DNA of 64,000 bases from Saccostrea cucullata (Eukaryota): positions 434,001 to 498,000 of the forward strand of contig NW_026935574.1 in assembly GCF_032062105.1 (NCBI RefSeq), given 5' to 3'. The position numbers and the translations under genes were made by a program. This document shows positions 12,996 to 24,800 of the stretch, piece by piece. The notes under the pieces were generated by a model. The model was not told the DNA's origin. It saw nothing but the letters and a program-made list of their open reading frames with translations, and did not search any database. Position 1 is the first letter of the stretch. Every line of letters begins with the position of its first letter.

Positions 12996-15900
12996 ATGAG
13001 TCGGTTATATGATACGGTGGAGCCAGCTGTTATAGATGAGGAAATGCTGAAGAAAGCAGTAGAAGAACAGGGACCAAAAGAAGAAGCCGGGAAGATAGCA
13101 AAACAAGAGGGAATCGACTTTGGTGATGTTCTATCTCTGCGACTGGATTTCCTAAGTAAGCTTTTTCCATCATTAGAACCTATAAAAGTTTATATAAAAA
13201 CATGTTCTTTGAAAAATGAATTGAATTTATTATTAATTAATTCTTTATGACTTTTCATTAATTTTACAGATATTTTGAAAATTGATAACCTGTGGGAATT
13301 CACAAAGCTTACCAAATTACAGCTGGACAATAATATTATTGAAAAAATTGAAGGATTAGAGAGTTTGGTCAACTTAGTTTGGTTGGGTAAGTTTAAGTTC
13401 ACAGTGAATTAGATATAACTTAGTTTGGTTTATTAAGGTAAGTTTACAGTGCATTAGTCGATATGTTTGTTATGTTTCAATAGATGAAGTGTAAGCATAA
13501 ACAGCACAATTAAAAGATAAATAATTTCAATAATCATATCTTTTTTTTTCATCAGAAAGTAACATATCATGATCACTGTTATAATAACCAATAACTATGA
13601 TGTATTTCAGACTTGTCCTTCAACAACATAGAGTGTATAGATAACCTGGAAACCCTGACCAAACTGGAGGATCTAACCCTGTATAGTAACAGAATCTCCA
13701 CTATAGACAACATGGACACTCTCCTAAACCTCCATGTCCTCTCCCTGGGCAGAAACCAACTCACAGATCTAGAGAATGTAGGTAGTAAACCAACTCAATG
13801 ATCTAGAAAATGTACGGAGTAAACCAACTCACTGATCTAGAGAACGTATGTAGTAAACCAACTCACAGATCTAGAAAATGTACGTAGTAAACCAACTCAC
13901 AGATCTAGAAAATGTACGTAGTAAACCAACTCACAGATCTAGAAAATGTACGTAGTAAACCAACTCACAGATCGAAAGTAGTAAACCAACTCACAGATCT
14001 AGAGAACGTACGTAGTAAAGCAACTCACAGATCTAGAAAATGTACGTAGTAAACCAACTCCTGATCTAGAGAACGTACGTAGTAAACCAATTCACAGATC
14101 TAGAAAATGTACGTAATAAACCAACTCACTGATCTAGAGAACATATGTAGTAAACCAACTCACAGATCTAGCAAATGTACGTAGTAAACCAACTCACAGA
14201 TCTAGAGAACGTATGTAGTAAACCAACTCACAGATCTAGAAAATGTACGTAGTAAACCAACTCACAGTTCTAGAAAATGTAGAACGTAGAAAATGTAGTA
14301 AACCAACTCACAGATCGAAAGTAGTAAACCAACTCACAGATCTAGAAAATGTACATAGTAAACCAACTCACAGATCTAGAAAATGTACGTAGTAAACCAA
14401 CTCACAGATCTAGAAAATGTATGTAGTAAACCAACTCACAGATCTAGAAAATGTACGTAGTAAACCAACTCACAGATCTAGAAAATGTACGTAGTAAACC
14501 AACTCACAGATCGAAAGTAGTAAACCAACTCACAGATCTAGAAAATGTAAGCAGTAGCACTGCAGTGGTTACAGCTAAAGCTAATCATAAAATCATAAAA
14601 CAGACCTATGCATGATGCCTATTGGTTGTACATAGAAATCTGTATGATATAAAGAATCATTCTTGGTATGACTGGCTCCTGCATCATCTCAGTGTAATAT
14701 ATACTTTTTGATTTCCATGCAAGTATAAGATAATGAAGTCTTGTGAAATTTCATATAAGCTAGCATTTCTAAGGACTGGCCCTTTTTTCAGATATTAAAT
14801 TTACCATTTTCTTCATTTTTTCAAATACCGTAGATGTACATAGTCATACAATTTTTCATGTCAGATTTTTGAATTTCTCTTTCAGTTGAGGTACCTAAGA
14901 AGATTCAAAAACCTGAAGACATTAAACTTATCAGACAACCCTTTCTGTAAACAAGAGGAATATAAACAATATGTGATAGCATTTTTGTCAAATCTGGAAT
15001 TTTTGGATTACAGACTTATTGATCAGCAGTCAGTAAGTAGAATATTTTTAAAATGGGCTCTTCAAACTCTGATACTGGTATAAATGATACAATCCCAAAC
15101 ACAAAGTTACAGTAAGAAATGAAACACAATGGGTTAATATACTAGCTTATTCTCATATAGACATGGTGATTTGCATTACTGGTACATATACCGCTATTAT
15201 GTATTCATTCAATCTAGATGTGCAGAAAACAGGCTTATAGTTTTATACGAAAAAACATTTTTTTTATTACATCCATTTAAATAAACTTAATTACCAGTAA
15301 TTATTAGGATAATGAAAAGTTGTAAATAAATTTATTAACTTGTAATAAATAAATATGTTATTTTCAGAGGGATGCTGCAATAGAAAAATACCAGGTCTCC
15401 AGAGATGAGATGCTTCACAATGAGAGACAGGCAGAACTGAAAAAAGAGGAGGAGGTCAAAAGATTACAGGAACTGGAGAAACACAAGGTAGGGTTGTGAA
15501 TAGAGAAATATAATTAGGCAGGACTCACAGTAAATGTTCAGGGAGGTGACTGCTGACTTCTCTTAATTAATGCATAGTACTTAAGTCAAAGATTTTTCAT
15601 GCAAAATAAGCATGCATTTATCTTTAATGTTTTGGTATGATTGTAGAATGCCTATGTAGAGCTGATGAATGGACCAGATCTATTTGAACAAATGTACGCT
15701 GAGGACAAGGAGGGACAGAAACTGAACGAGATGCCGGGCCTGGAGGATCAGCTCCACAGATATCCTTTATTATTCTCATGTATATATTGAGAAAACTTAC
15801 TAATCTGTTATAGACTTTTGCATACTAGTAATTGAGAGATTCACTACATAAACTTCTATGCGTAAATCTTGCTCGCTTTTTGTAAAATCTAAAAGACATC

Positions 15901-18215
15901 TTATACATATTGACCTTAACATGTTGTACCTTCAAAGAGAAGTTTATGCAGTACTGTATGCAGATCTTTGAGTTTGGTATCGGTGAGCACGAGAAGCGGG
16001 AGGAGGAGGTGAAGAGTTTCTGGGAATGTGTGGAGGAGGCCAAGCAGGACAACAAGAGGCTCGGGATGAAGTACAATGAGGAGTTCACAGAGATGAAGAA
16101 GAAGGTATCCTCTTATATAAACTGTAAATACATATACATAAAATTCAGATGAAGTACAATGAGGAGTTCACCGAGATGAAGAAGAAGGTAGGCATCAACG
16201 CACATAAACTGTAAATACATATACATAAAATTCAGATGAAGTACATCGAGGAGTTCACCGAGATGAAGAAGAAGGTAGGCATCAACGCACATAAACTGTA
16301 AATTATTATTATTATTATCACATATATTAAAAAACTAAAGCGCAAACACATAATAATTAAAACATAATAATTAAGAACTGAAATTAGACACAAATTTATA
16401 AAAGTAATGAAAACAATTATAAAAACATAAAAATTAGCCCCCATGAAAATAGGCACAACTATGTACATTATATAAACGAAGAGTTCACCGAGATGAAGAA
16501 GAAGGTAGGAATCACCTCACATTATTAAACTGCAAACACATAAAAGTTAACATAAACTGTAAACACAAACATAAACCCCAGATGAAGTACAACAAGGAAT
16601 TCACCGAGATAAAGAAGAAGGTGGGCTTCATCTCACATATAGAGCACTGAAATATTAAAATGTGTTAAAGAGATGTGAAAGGAACATAAAGTTTTCAATA
16701 ATATTTATATGTCAAGGATAAAAAGTGTGACACTTTTTAAAATATTAAGATTTTGTTCATGTCTCATAACTGATGGGAGACTGTTTTATGTTTAAAACGA
16801 CGATTTCCATATGACTTGGTTCGAGCACGAGATTGAATTTTCCAATGATCCTACAAATTAACGAGGTCCACGGTGACATCCCTAGTGCACTGGAGATGTC
16901 TGGCAACCAATGCAAAGAAATCAGAACTGGGGTGATGTGACCCTAAGATGTTTTGAATTCAGATGCGTTAGCAAGTTGATTACAAGTGAGACAGAATACA
17001 GGAGCTGTGGGACAAACATAAAATTGATGGGATTAGTAGCATCAACGCACATAAACTGTAAATACATATACATAAAATTCATATGAAGTACGAGGAGTTC
17101 ACAGAGATGAAAAAGAAGGTAGGTATCCTCTTATATAAACTGTAAATACATATACATAAAATTCAGATGAAGTACAACGAGGAGTTCACCGAGATGAAGA
17201 AGCAGGTAGGAATCACACAACTGCAAACACATAATAAGGAATTCACTGAGGGGTGTACAACTGAAATATTAAAATGTGTTATGGCTGTGAATAGAAATAT
17301 TTAAATTAATAAGGATTTGCAAACAGCCCCAGGTCACATATCTTTACTGCACAGTAAAAGACTTCAAAAGATTTATGAAACGAGAAATCTAGAAAATAGA
17401 TTTTCACATATATTACATAAAAGACTTCAAAAGATTTATGAAATGAGAAATCTCAATCTTGAATATTACATGGTAGTTTTCGATTGGCAACTTGTGAATA
17501 AAAAGATTTTGTGTAAAAAAGTTGTTTTACAATACATGAAAATCTCAAAACATTGCATACAATAAATTTACATTGCATTAATTTCAGGAAGTAATTAAAG
17601 AATTTGAGAGAAATATGCAGGACATGGTAGGCTCATTTGTGGAGAATGTCCAAGCTCTTCTTTCTCAATGCCGAGACCTGGAAAACAATCACCACGAAAA
17701 AATGATGGAAATTGCCATTGTCACTCTTGAAAAAGTCATAAAAAATGAACTGGATGATGAAATATCTGATGATTTAAAAATGGTAATTTCATACTCCTCA
17801 TTCAAATCAAATATTTTTCATGTTCTGTAGATTTCTTTATGGTAAATGCAAGAGTTATTTCCCCTTAAAAGCAGCTCTTTTGATTTTTTCTTGTGTCTGA
17901 TTACTTAAGTTACTGCCTGACTATTTTAGTTACTGTCTGACTATTTTAGTTACTTGTGTCTAATTATTTTAGTTACTTGTGGACAAAGACACAATCATCA
18001 ATGCTGTGTCCTCCTCACACGACGTCCACCTGCTGAAGATAGACAATAAAGAGGATGACATGGTGACTCGGATTAACCAGTGGCTCAAAAACATGATCGA
18101 GCAGATTCACCAGGATGAGGAGATCACCCGTAACAGAATGCGCGTCTCAGAAATTAACAATCTTATTGACCACCTGCGGGAGGAAATGGACAATCTCGAG
18201 GTGATGCAGAACTAG
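12996..18215 (+). CDS. DRC3: Dynein regulatory complex subunit 3 (LRRC48); one internal exon scrambled in this sequence
   Basis: Exons 12996-13155, 13270-13386, 13611-13777, 14886-15032 (LRRs such as [23 protein letters not shown]), 15368-15487, 15647-15759, 15930-16104, a garbled remnant at about 16930-17036, 17588-17782 ([12 protein letters not shown]) and 17973-18215 ([25 protein letters not shown]). Confidence 0.93.
13752..14555 (+). repeat. 34-bp minisatellite (about 23 copies) spanning DRC3 exon 3 donor
   Basis: Unit AAACCAACTCACAGATCTAGAAAAT|GTACGTAGT; the first copy is the coding exon end. Confidence 0.95.
15760..15929 (+). other. U12-type (minor spliceosome) AT-AC intron in DRC3
   Basis: 5' end ATATCCTTT at 15760, branch site GACCTTAAC at 15912-15920, terminal AC at 15928-15929. 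Removal joins CAC AG|C TTC AAA in frame (QLHSFKEKF). Confidence 0.93.
16066..17250 (+). repeat. Repeated copies of DRC3 exon 7 end plus donor (about 86-bp unit, interrupted)
   Basis: GATGAAGTACAAYGAGGAGTTCACCGAGATGAAGAAGAAG|GTAGG recurs at about 16149, 16236, 16480, 16581, 17082 and 17167. Confidence 0.9.
17896..17980 (+). repeat. 21-23 bp repeats spanning DRC3 last-exon acceptor
   Basis: TGTCTGACTATTTTAG|TTACT, 3-4 copies; the last copy is the true acceptor at 17972/17973. Confidence 0.8.
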
Positions 18216-18861
18216 GCAGTGTGTGTCTAAAGCTTCCCAGACAGACTTATCCTAAAGCAAGTCAGACAGCCTGATTTAAATGCCTTGTGATTGGAAGAAA
18301 TGTATTTTTCAATCTATGGACTTTACATGCATTATGTTGTTGGACTATATTGGACTTTCAAGTTTTGTTTACAAGTTCTAGAGGACTACATCAAATTCAG
18401 TGCTTTAGTGTAGCCTATAACTGTTATGTACAAAAGGTACATGTATTTATGAGAGATGTGTGAAGTACTTAACTAATATCTGAAAATCTGTGATAAGGAA
18501 AAGTTATAAATAAAATATTGATAATTGTTGTTAATTGTTGTAAAACATTGTTAATTTAAAATATGTTTGGTTTTATATCATAACAAAGCAGAATTCAAAT
18601 TCTTCCTTTGTTGTGCTTAAGTGTTTGCAAATGTTCCACATTGCAAAAATCTTTTTTTCCCCCCCCCCCCCCCCCAAAAAAAAAAAAACCCACACACATC
18701 CACAAACAAGAAGCAACTCACAAATTTTAGAAAAGTTGCAATATACCTATGTCAATATTGTTGTAAAAAAAGTGTTTGCCAAATGATGATCAATGAGGAA
18801 AAAGACCTAATCACATTCCATAAAATCTTTATTATTAGAATAAATATTACAAAAATTCCCA

Positions 18862-21800
18862 CTATGTTTGGTCACTGTAAGTTGTTTTGTGTGTCGTTGC
18901 CATGTCATTACTACACCAGTGTACAAAGAGTGCCGCCGCAGCGACGCGACACTGGAGCTGATAAATGTCAGCGTCGTGATGCCACTCCACATTCCCCCAA
19001 GTCTTTGTCTGCAATATAACAAAATATACTTAAGAAATAAAGTCCGCATTTCCGTGAATGTTGCAGAATAACCTCCGAGGTCGAGAAATGTTGTTTGAAA
19101 GATAAAAGCCGAGACTTTTATATTTCAAACAACATTTCGAGACCAAGGAGGTTATTTTGCAACATTCACAACAACAAGGACTTTATTTCTATTCTACTAC
19201 ATGTGCTAGCAGGTCTAAAATACGATCATGCTGCGATAACGCTGTTCCATTTAACACCAGAGTGTAAATTTGTTTACCTGTGAATAGAATGCAGACGATT
19301 TGTGTGATTTCGCTGCATTAAAATGAGCCTTTTATTAATTACCGGGTATAAATCTGTTTAAAGCTTATTTAAATTAATCATTTTGAATATACTATAACGA
19401 AATCAGTTTCCTATTTTACCACATTATCACTAAAATCACAGAGTTTAAATATGGCATAGGGAGGTTTGTGAAACAGCCCAGCTTGGCTTTTAAAACCTAC
19501 ATTCATCAGCTACTTTCTGCAATATACATTGTTTAACTTGCACACATCAATGTGGTCTAAATAAGTATGTCATTCTTAAGTCAAATGTACATTTCAACTG
19601 CACAGGTTTGATACGTGTTTTGATCTGATAATTTTGTGATGATGTTCGTGATTTATTGGAGAATAATGTCCACGGCATTTCTTTGATCTCGGCAATAATC
19701 AAAGTAAAATTTCCTTCAATGTCAAGATCATGCCAAATTAAGAGTCACAAATTCCCATTGTAAAGTAGATGGAGCTTAGTCTTCTTTGAGATGTAAGTAC
19801 ATTTATTACCAGATTTTAAATTAGATTAATGGTCTTATTTGTATGTACCCGGTATGTGCATTCTGGACCTTATTTTGCAATAACAAACAAAAATATTTTT
19901 TCCACAAAATATGGTATATTGAAACTAACTATATGTAAAATTTCTACCCTTCCACCCCATGACTGATGAATTAATCGAAAATGAATTTACCCTACATGGG
20001 AAATTTACATACCAAGAGTCATCTATTTAATAATGGACTTTATACTCCCATGTCAGATTGGTGGCCCCCTCTATTTAGTCCCCAGCCCTGAGAAAATGGT
20101 TTGAACATACTTTCTTTGGTAGATCGGTATGCAGTCATACATGTATTAAAACTTCTTATTGATTTCTTTTCCCTCTAATCTATTGTAAAATTTTGTCTCC
20201 CTTTTGTAACTTATTACTTAAACAAACTTGAATTACCCAGTAAATCATGGAACTGTTTTGCTTTCAATTAAGATTTGAATACGTTAGGTAAATTTTTCAG
20301 ATGAATATGTAAGGAAGCTTCGACAGGTAAGGTTATGTGCCTTGAATTCTCTGGAATAGTGGTTACTGAGGAAATTTTTATATGTCTCAATTTTTGAATT
20401 ACATATTTATCTCCTGTTGAAAAGGATTATTTGTGTCAATCTGAATTAGCTTTACCCAAGGATGCTTTGTAGCAAGGTTAGCTGATATTGGCCCAGGAGA
20501 CGAAATAAAAAATATGAACAGTTTACAGATGATACAGACTGATGGACATAAAGAAAACTTGAATCAGAGATTTGGTTCAGCATTACAATTTATTTACCAG
20601 AAAAGAGTATTGTTTATGTCGAGTTACCTGGTAGACTGTCTCCAGTCTGGCGAGCTGTACCGCCTTCTCCACTGTTAACTGTTTATCTGTTATCCCTAAC
20701 ATAAGTATGATAGACTTAAGGTTCTCCACTCCATATTGAAATCCTGGACAAAAATAAGAAAATTAAGAACATGGCAGGTATATTTATGTCATTTCAGTGT
20801 TTCTATTGATAGATGTATTGAACTTTATGCTTGGACGACTGAACTTCCTCTGACACATAACTGTGGTGCAAAGCATTTGCCGCATTAACCCAGGACAATC
20901 CAACACCTCAAGATGTCAAATGCGTGGAAAATTATAACTTATACATCAGCAAAATATACTGTAAACGAACTACATTTGCCGATGTATTCTATTTAGCGAT
21001 TTTGGCAAAAAGCAGAATCCGTTAAATCAAGTATATCACTAAATGTCTTGTTTATTATACGTTTATATCTACCACATTCAGATAGCACTAAATCAAATCT
21101 ATAACTTACTGAAAAATGAATCAATTGCACTGGTATCAATAAAATCATTGGTGATAAAAACAAACAAGACATTTTAAAGTGGTAAATCAATACATTACTT
21201 AATTTTTTTTCTGGTCAAAATCAACATATTCATCATCTCTGTAATTGTATCTGTATGGACCTTCCCTTCACACTTATATCAAATGTTTTCACAATATACA
21301 AGTTAATACATGAAACCATTGAAAGAGGTAACAAGCACAATCATTATTTATACGAGACTTGTTATACCAGACTTGTTACTGAACAGTGACATACTGACCT
21401 ACTAATGCCCAGTCGTTCAGTGAGTTGACTTTCCGTGAGATAACACTGACAGTGTTGGGTGGTATCTCGGGTGGCATCAATGAGGTGGTGGACTCCAGCT
21501 CCACCTGGTAACTGGTAAAATCAAGTAAAACATTTCACAAACACTGTAATTCATAATACAGTATTTTAAAACAGAAAAAATTATCATGATATCCCCCCAT
21601 TTGTTCCTGTTTGTTTTCCTCAGTTCCCCAATGACTTGCAATGAATGAATGAATTTTTCCACTTATCTAATCAAGCATAAAATGTAACCACCAAAAAATT
21701 TTGGGTCTTTAATATACAGATAAACTTCTATGGCTTAAACACTATATCTCAAATACCAATCTTAAATACATGTTGTCTCATGAGAATAGTTATTAAGTGA

Positions 21801-24800
21801 CAACAGACAATACCTGGCCCTCAGCCATTCCATTACTGGATCCCACTCCCTCGTCTGTAATTCTAAAAACTCGGGGGGTTCTGTGGTTCTGTATCTGGTT
21901 TAAAATAATTTTAGCATTAATGCCTTGACACTTTTGTTTATGATGATGAATAAGATACCAGTACCTTGGTTCCATCAAAGGATTAAGTTGCTTGAAATAA
22001 TTTAGTACTTGCACATTGTATTTCCAAAAATAAGATTTGATAATAGCATAGATTTTCTGCCTTCTTACTTACAATATTGTGTCTGTCTCTAGAAAGTGAA
22101 GTACTCCTCTAATGATGTCCTCCCGTGATCTGTGCATGGGGTTGTCCAGTACGGTATTACTAAGGGTAGTCTGTAATGATAACAAACTACAACAAAAGGA
22201 AACTCCCAAACCATCTGAGGTGCAGCAGCAATATTTCCTGTCTCAATTTCAGAGGTAGAAATGATCCACTATTAAAGATATGCATAGGAGAGTCCTACAC
22301 CATAAAACTAAAGCCTTGAGCTCATTACATATACCCTGGTACATGTATTCCATCTGATTAAAATCAGATCCTTTTATTTGCTCACGTAGATGACTATTAA
22401 GAAAGTTGCCAATGACTGGATCAAAAAATTTAATTTTAATTAATCTGAATGAAATGAAAGGATAAGCATAACTTCGCATGAAATTTCATCAAAACCTTCA
22501 CAATCAAGTGGAGAAATGCTCTCTCTCACAAACACTACTCATATATTTTTTTTACCAAGTGCATGGATTGCCGTTTGATTGTGTCTTTCTGTGAGTTCCA
22601 TTCAGTTGCGATTGCTAAGGCCAAGGGCTCACTGGGGACCTGAAATAGGTTTCCTGAGGGGGTGCGTAATTTCCTTTGATCCAAATTTACCTCAAACCAT
22701 CCTAAAAAAAAATAATAAAAAGTTTTAAAACAGAATGAGAACAAATCTTTCTGATTTTATAATTTCAGCTTAACATAAACATGATAAATGAAAACTTGGA
22801 TGAGTATATAAAATATGTTTTGTTTACTTCATTTTTCATATATAAGGGCAGTTAAAAAATCATAAAATATGTACATTGGACCCTTTCAATAAATTGTATT
22901 ATAAATGAAATTTGAGTATTTGATTTATATAGATTTTCGATACCTTGATTCTGTACAATTGTGGCATTCTTAAAGAATTTCTTCAATTCTAAAAAAAAAT
23001 CATTTAAATCATTATACATTTTTGCAATAAAATTTTAAAGAATAAACTGAGAAAAACACATAAAATGACAGAATCCTTCAATAATAAAGATTTATATAAA
23101 GATAAAAACAAAATTACAACACTTTTATAATTATACATCAGTATATTACGACATTACAAGGATTATGTCTTACCAGTATGTGTACATGTGTTTTGTTCTT
23201 TTTAATTTTTATTCCCTTAATATTACAATATTACAATTGTGAAGAGTTAATAAGTTAGACACTACATTCAAATAAACTGGACTGCATGAGTAAATATTAC
23301 TTAAGATTTTGAAATGGATTTCAGCAAATCTCTGGAATTATACAAAATTTCGGAATGAACTTTGGTAGTATTGTAGATTGTTTAAATGTAATTCTACTAC
23401 AGTTATTGCAACAGTTAAAGAGATGATGCGACCATTATTCTCTGTGGCTGTCAGCCAGTATCAATCGCTGGTGGCCAGATAGCTCAGTCGGTAGAGCCCC
23501 TGACCGGAGATTCAGGGGGACTGGGTTTGAATCCTGGTCTACTCCACTGCATTTTTCTCCTTCCCGTTACATTTGGTGCCATGCCATGCCCTGGAATTGA
23601 CAGGTGATAGGCCTGCCTGGGATGAGCCTGGGTTGGGATCTTTCGAGGGTCAAAGACCTTTAAGGAGGGAGAAATGTGGTGGTTAGCATGGTTCAATCAC
23701 GGCGGCCAGATAGCTCAGATGGTAGAGCCCCTGACCAGAGATTCAGGGGGCCCAGATTTGAATCCCGGTCTAATCCGCTGCATTTTTCTCCTCTCCTTTA
23801 CATCTCCAATAAATCACAAACATCATGAACAAATAATTGATGTGTTTACATATTTTTCTCTAATTTGATGCCTTCACTAGCATGACTAGAAAAATGACAG
23901 AAATATCTCATGATTGTGATGAAAATTGGTGGGGAAAAATTTATTTTAGATTTGGATCCAATTACTGTTAATGTATTATATTTAGCGTGTACGATATTTC
24001 GCGGAAATTGATTTTTGAACAAGTTAGCGTAGATTTGATTTAGCACATTTCTCAGTGTTCCTATTTATGTGTATATGTGCAAGACAATTAGCGTTGCACT
24101 TGAATTAGCGGAAGTTTCACTCCACCAAAAGCACTAAAAAGAATACACAGCCAAATGTAATACGTTTACTGTACATCATACTTTTTCTTACTGTAGAAGT
24201 ATTTTTTTACGTGTAGTATTAATTTACGCTATGTATGCTGTCACAAATTTTCAACGGAAATTTGTCCTATTGTACTTAAAACGCATATAAGGCTTATAGT
24301 TAGAGTCTAAAAAATCTGCGTAATTTTCTACCCATGGATTAAACAGAAATAGTGATTCTGTGGAATTATGACCCCATGGAAAAAGTATGTTTACAGTATC
24401 TTTAAGAGTCAAATGAAAAACTCAAAAACGAGGATATCATAGCATTCTATTGTGACATCCCGAGACACAATGACATACAAAACCAGCTTCTGAATTTATC
24501 TACATAGATATTTAAGAATTTGCTACAGCAGAATAGAAATTATTCCCTTACCCTGGTTGGTGGAATCATATGAAAATATACCCCTTTGGTTTTTATTTGC
24601 CAACAAAATCTTGAGACTGACAGTTTCAGGATTTTGCTGGCAAATAAAAACCTTGCCTTGTAGGCTCTGTTTTTAACTCTTAAACACATGTATATAAAAT
24701 TCCTTTCAAGGTTATATATAAATATGTTACTTTTTCTTTGCTTTATTTGCAAAAGTGTTGCCCGCATGGCATAGTCAGTGGTTTATGTAAGAGCATAAAA

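Noticed and set aside
13752-14555. CRISPR-like 34-bp repeat array
   Set aside because: Head-to-tail with no unique spacers, eukaryotic intron, unit derived from the exon end.
16105-16113. Second U12 donor GTATCCTCT in DRC3
   Set aside because: The repeat copy near 17119 reads GTAGGTATCCTC, so it is probably a 4-nt deletion variant of a U2 donor; no U12 branch site found downstream.
18621-19071. Plus-strand ORFs of 132 and 67 aa
   Set aside because: Antisense shadows of the ATPAF2 last exon plus homopolymer runs.
23470-23800. Two tRNA genes
   Set aside because: No convincing acceptor stem or cloverleaf; they sit inside TG...CA repeats with PBS, PPT and TSD.
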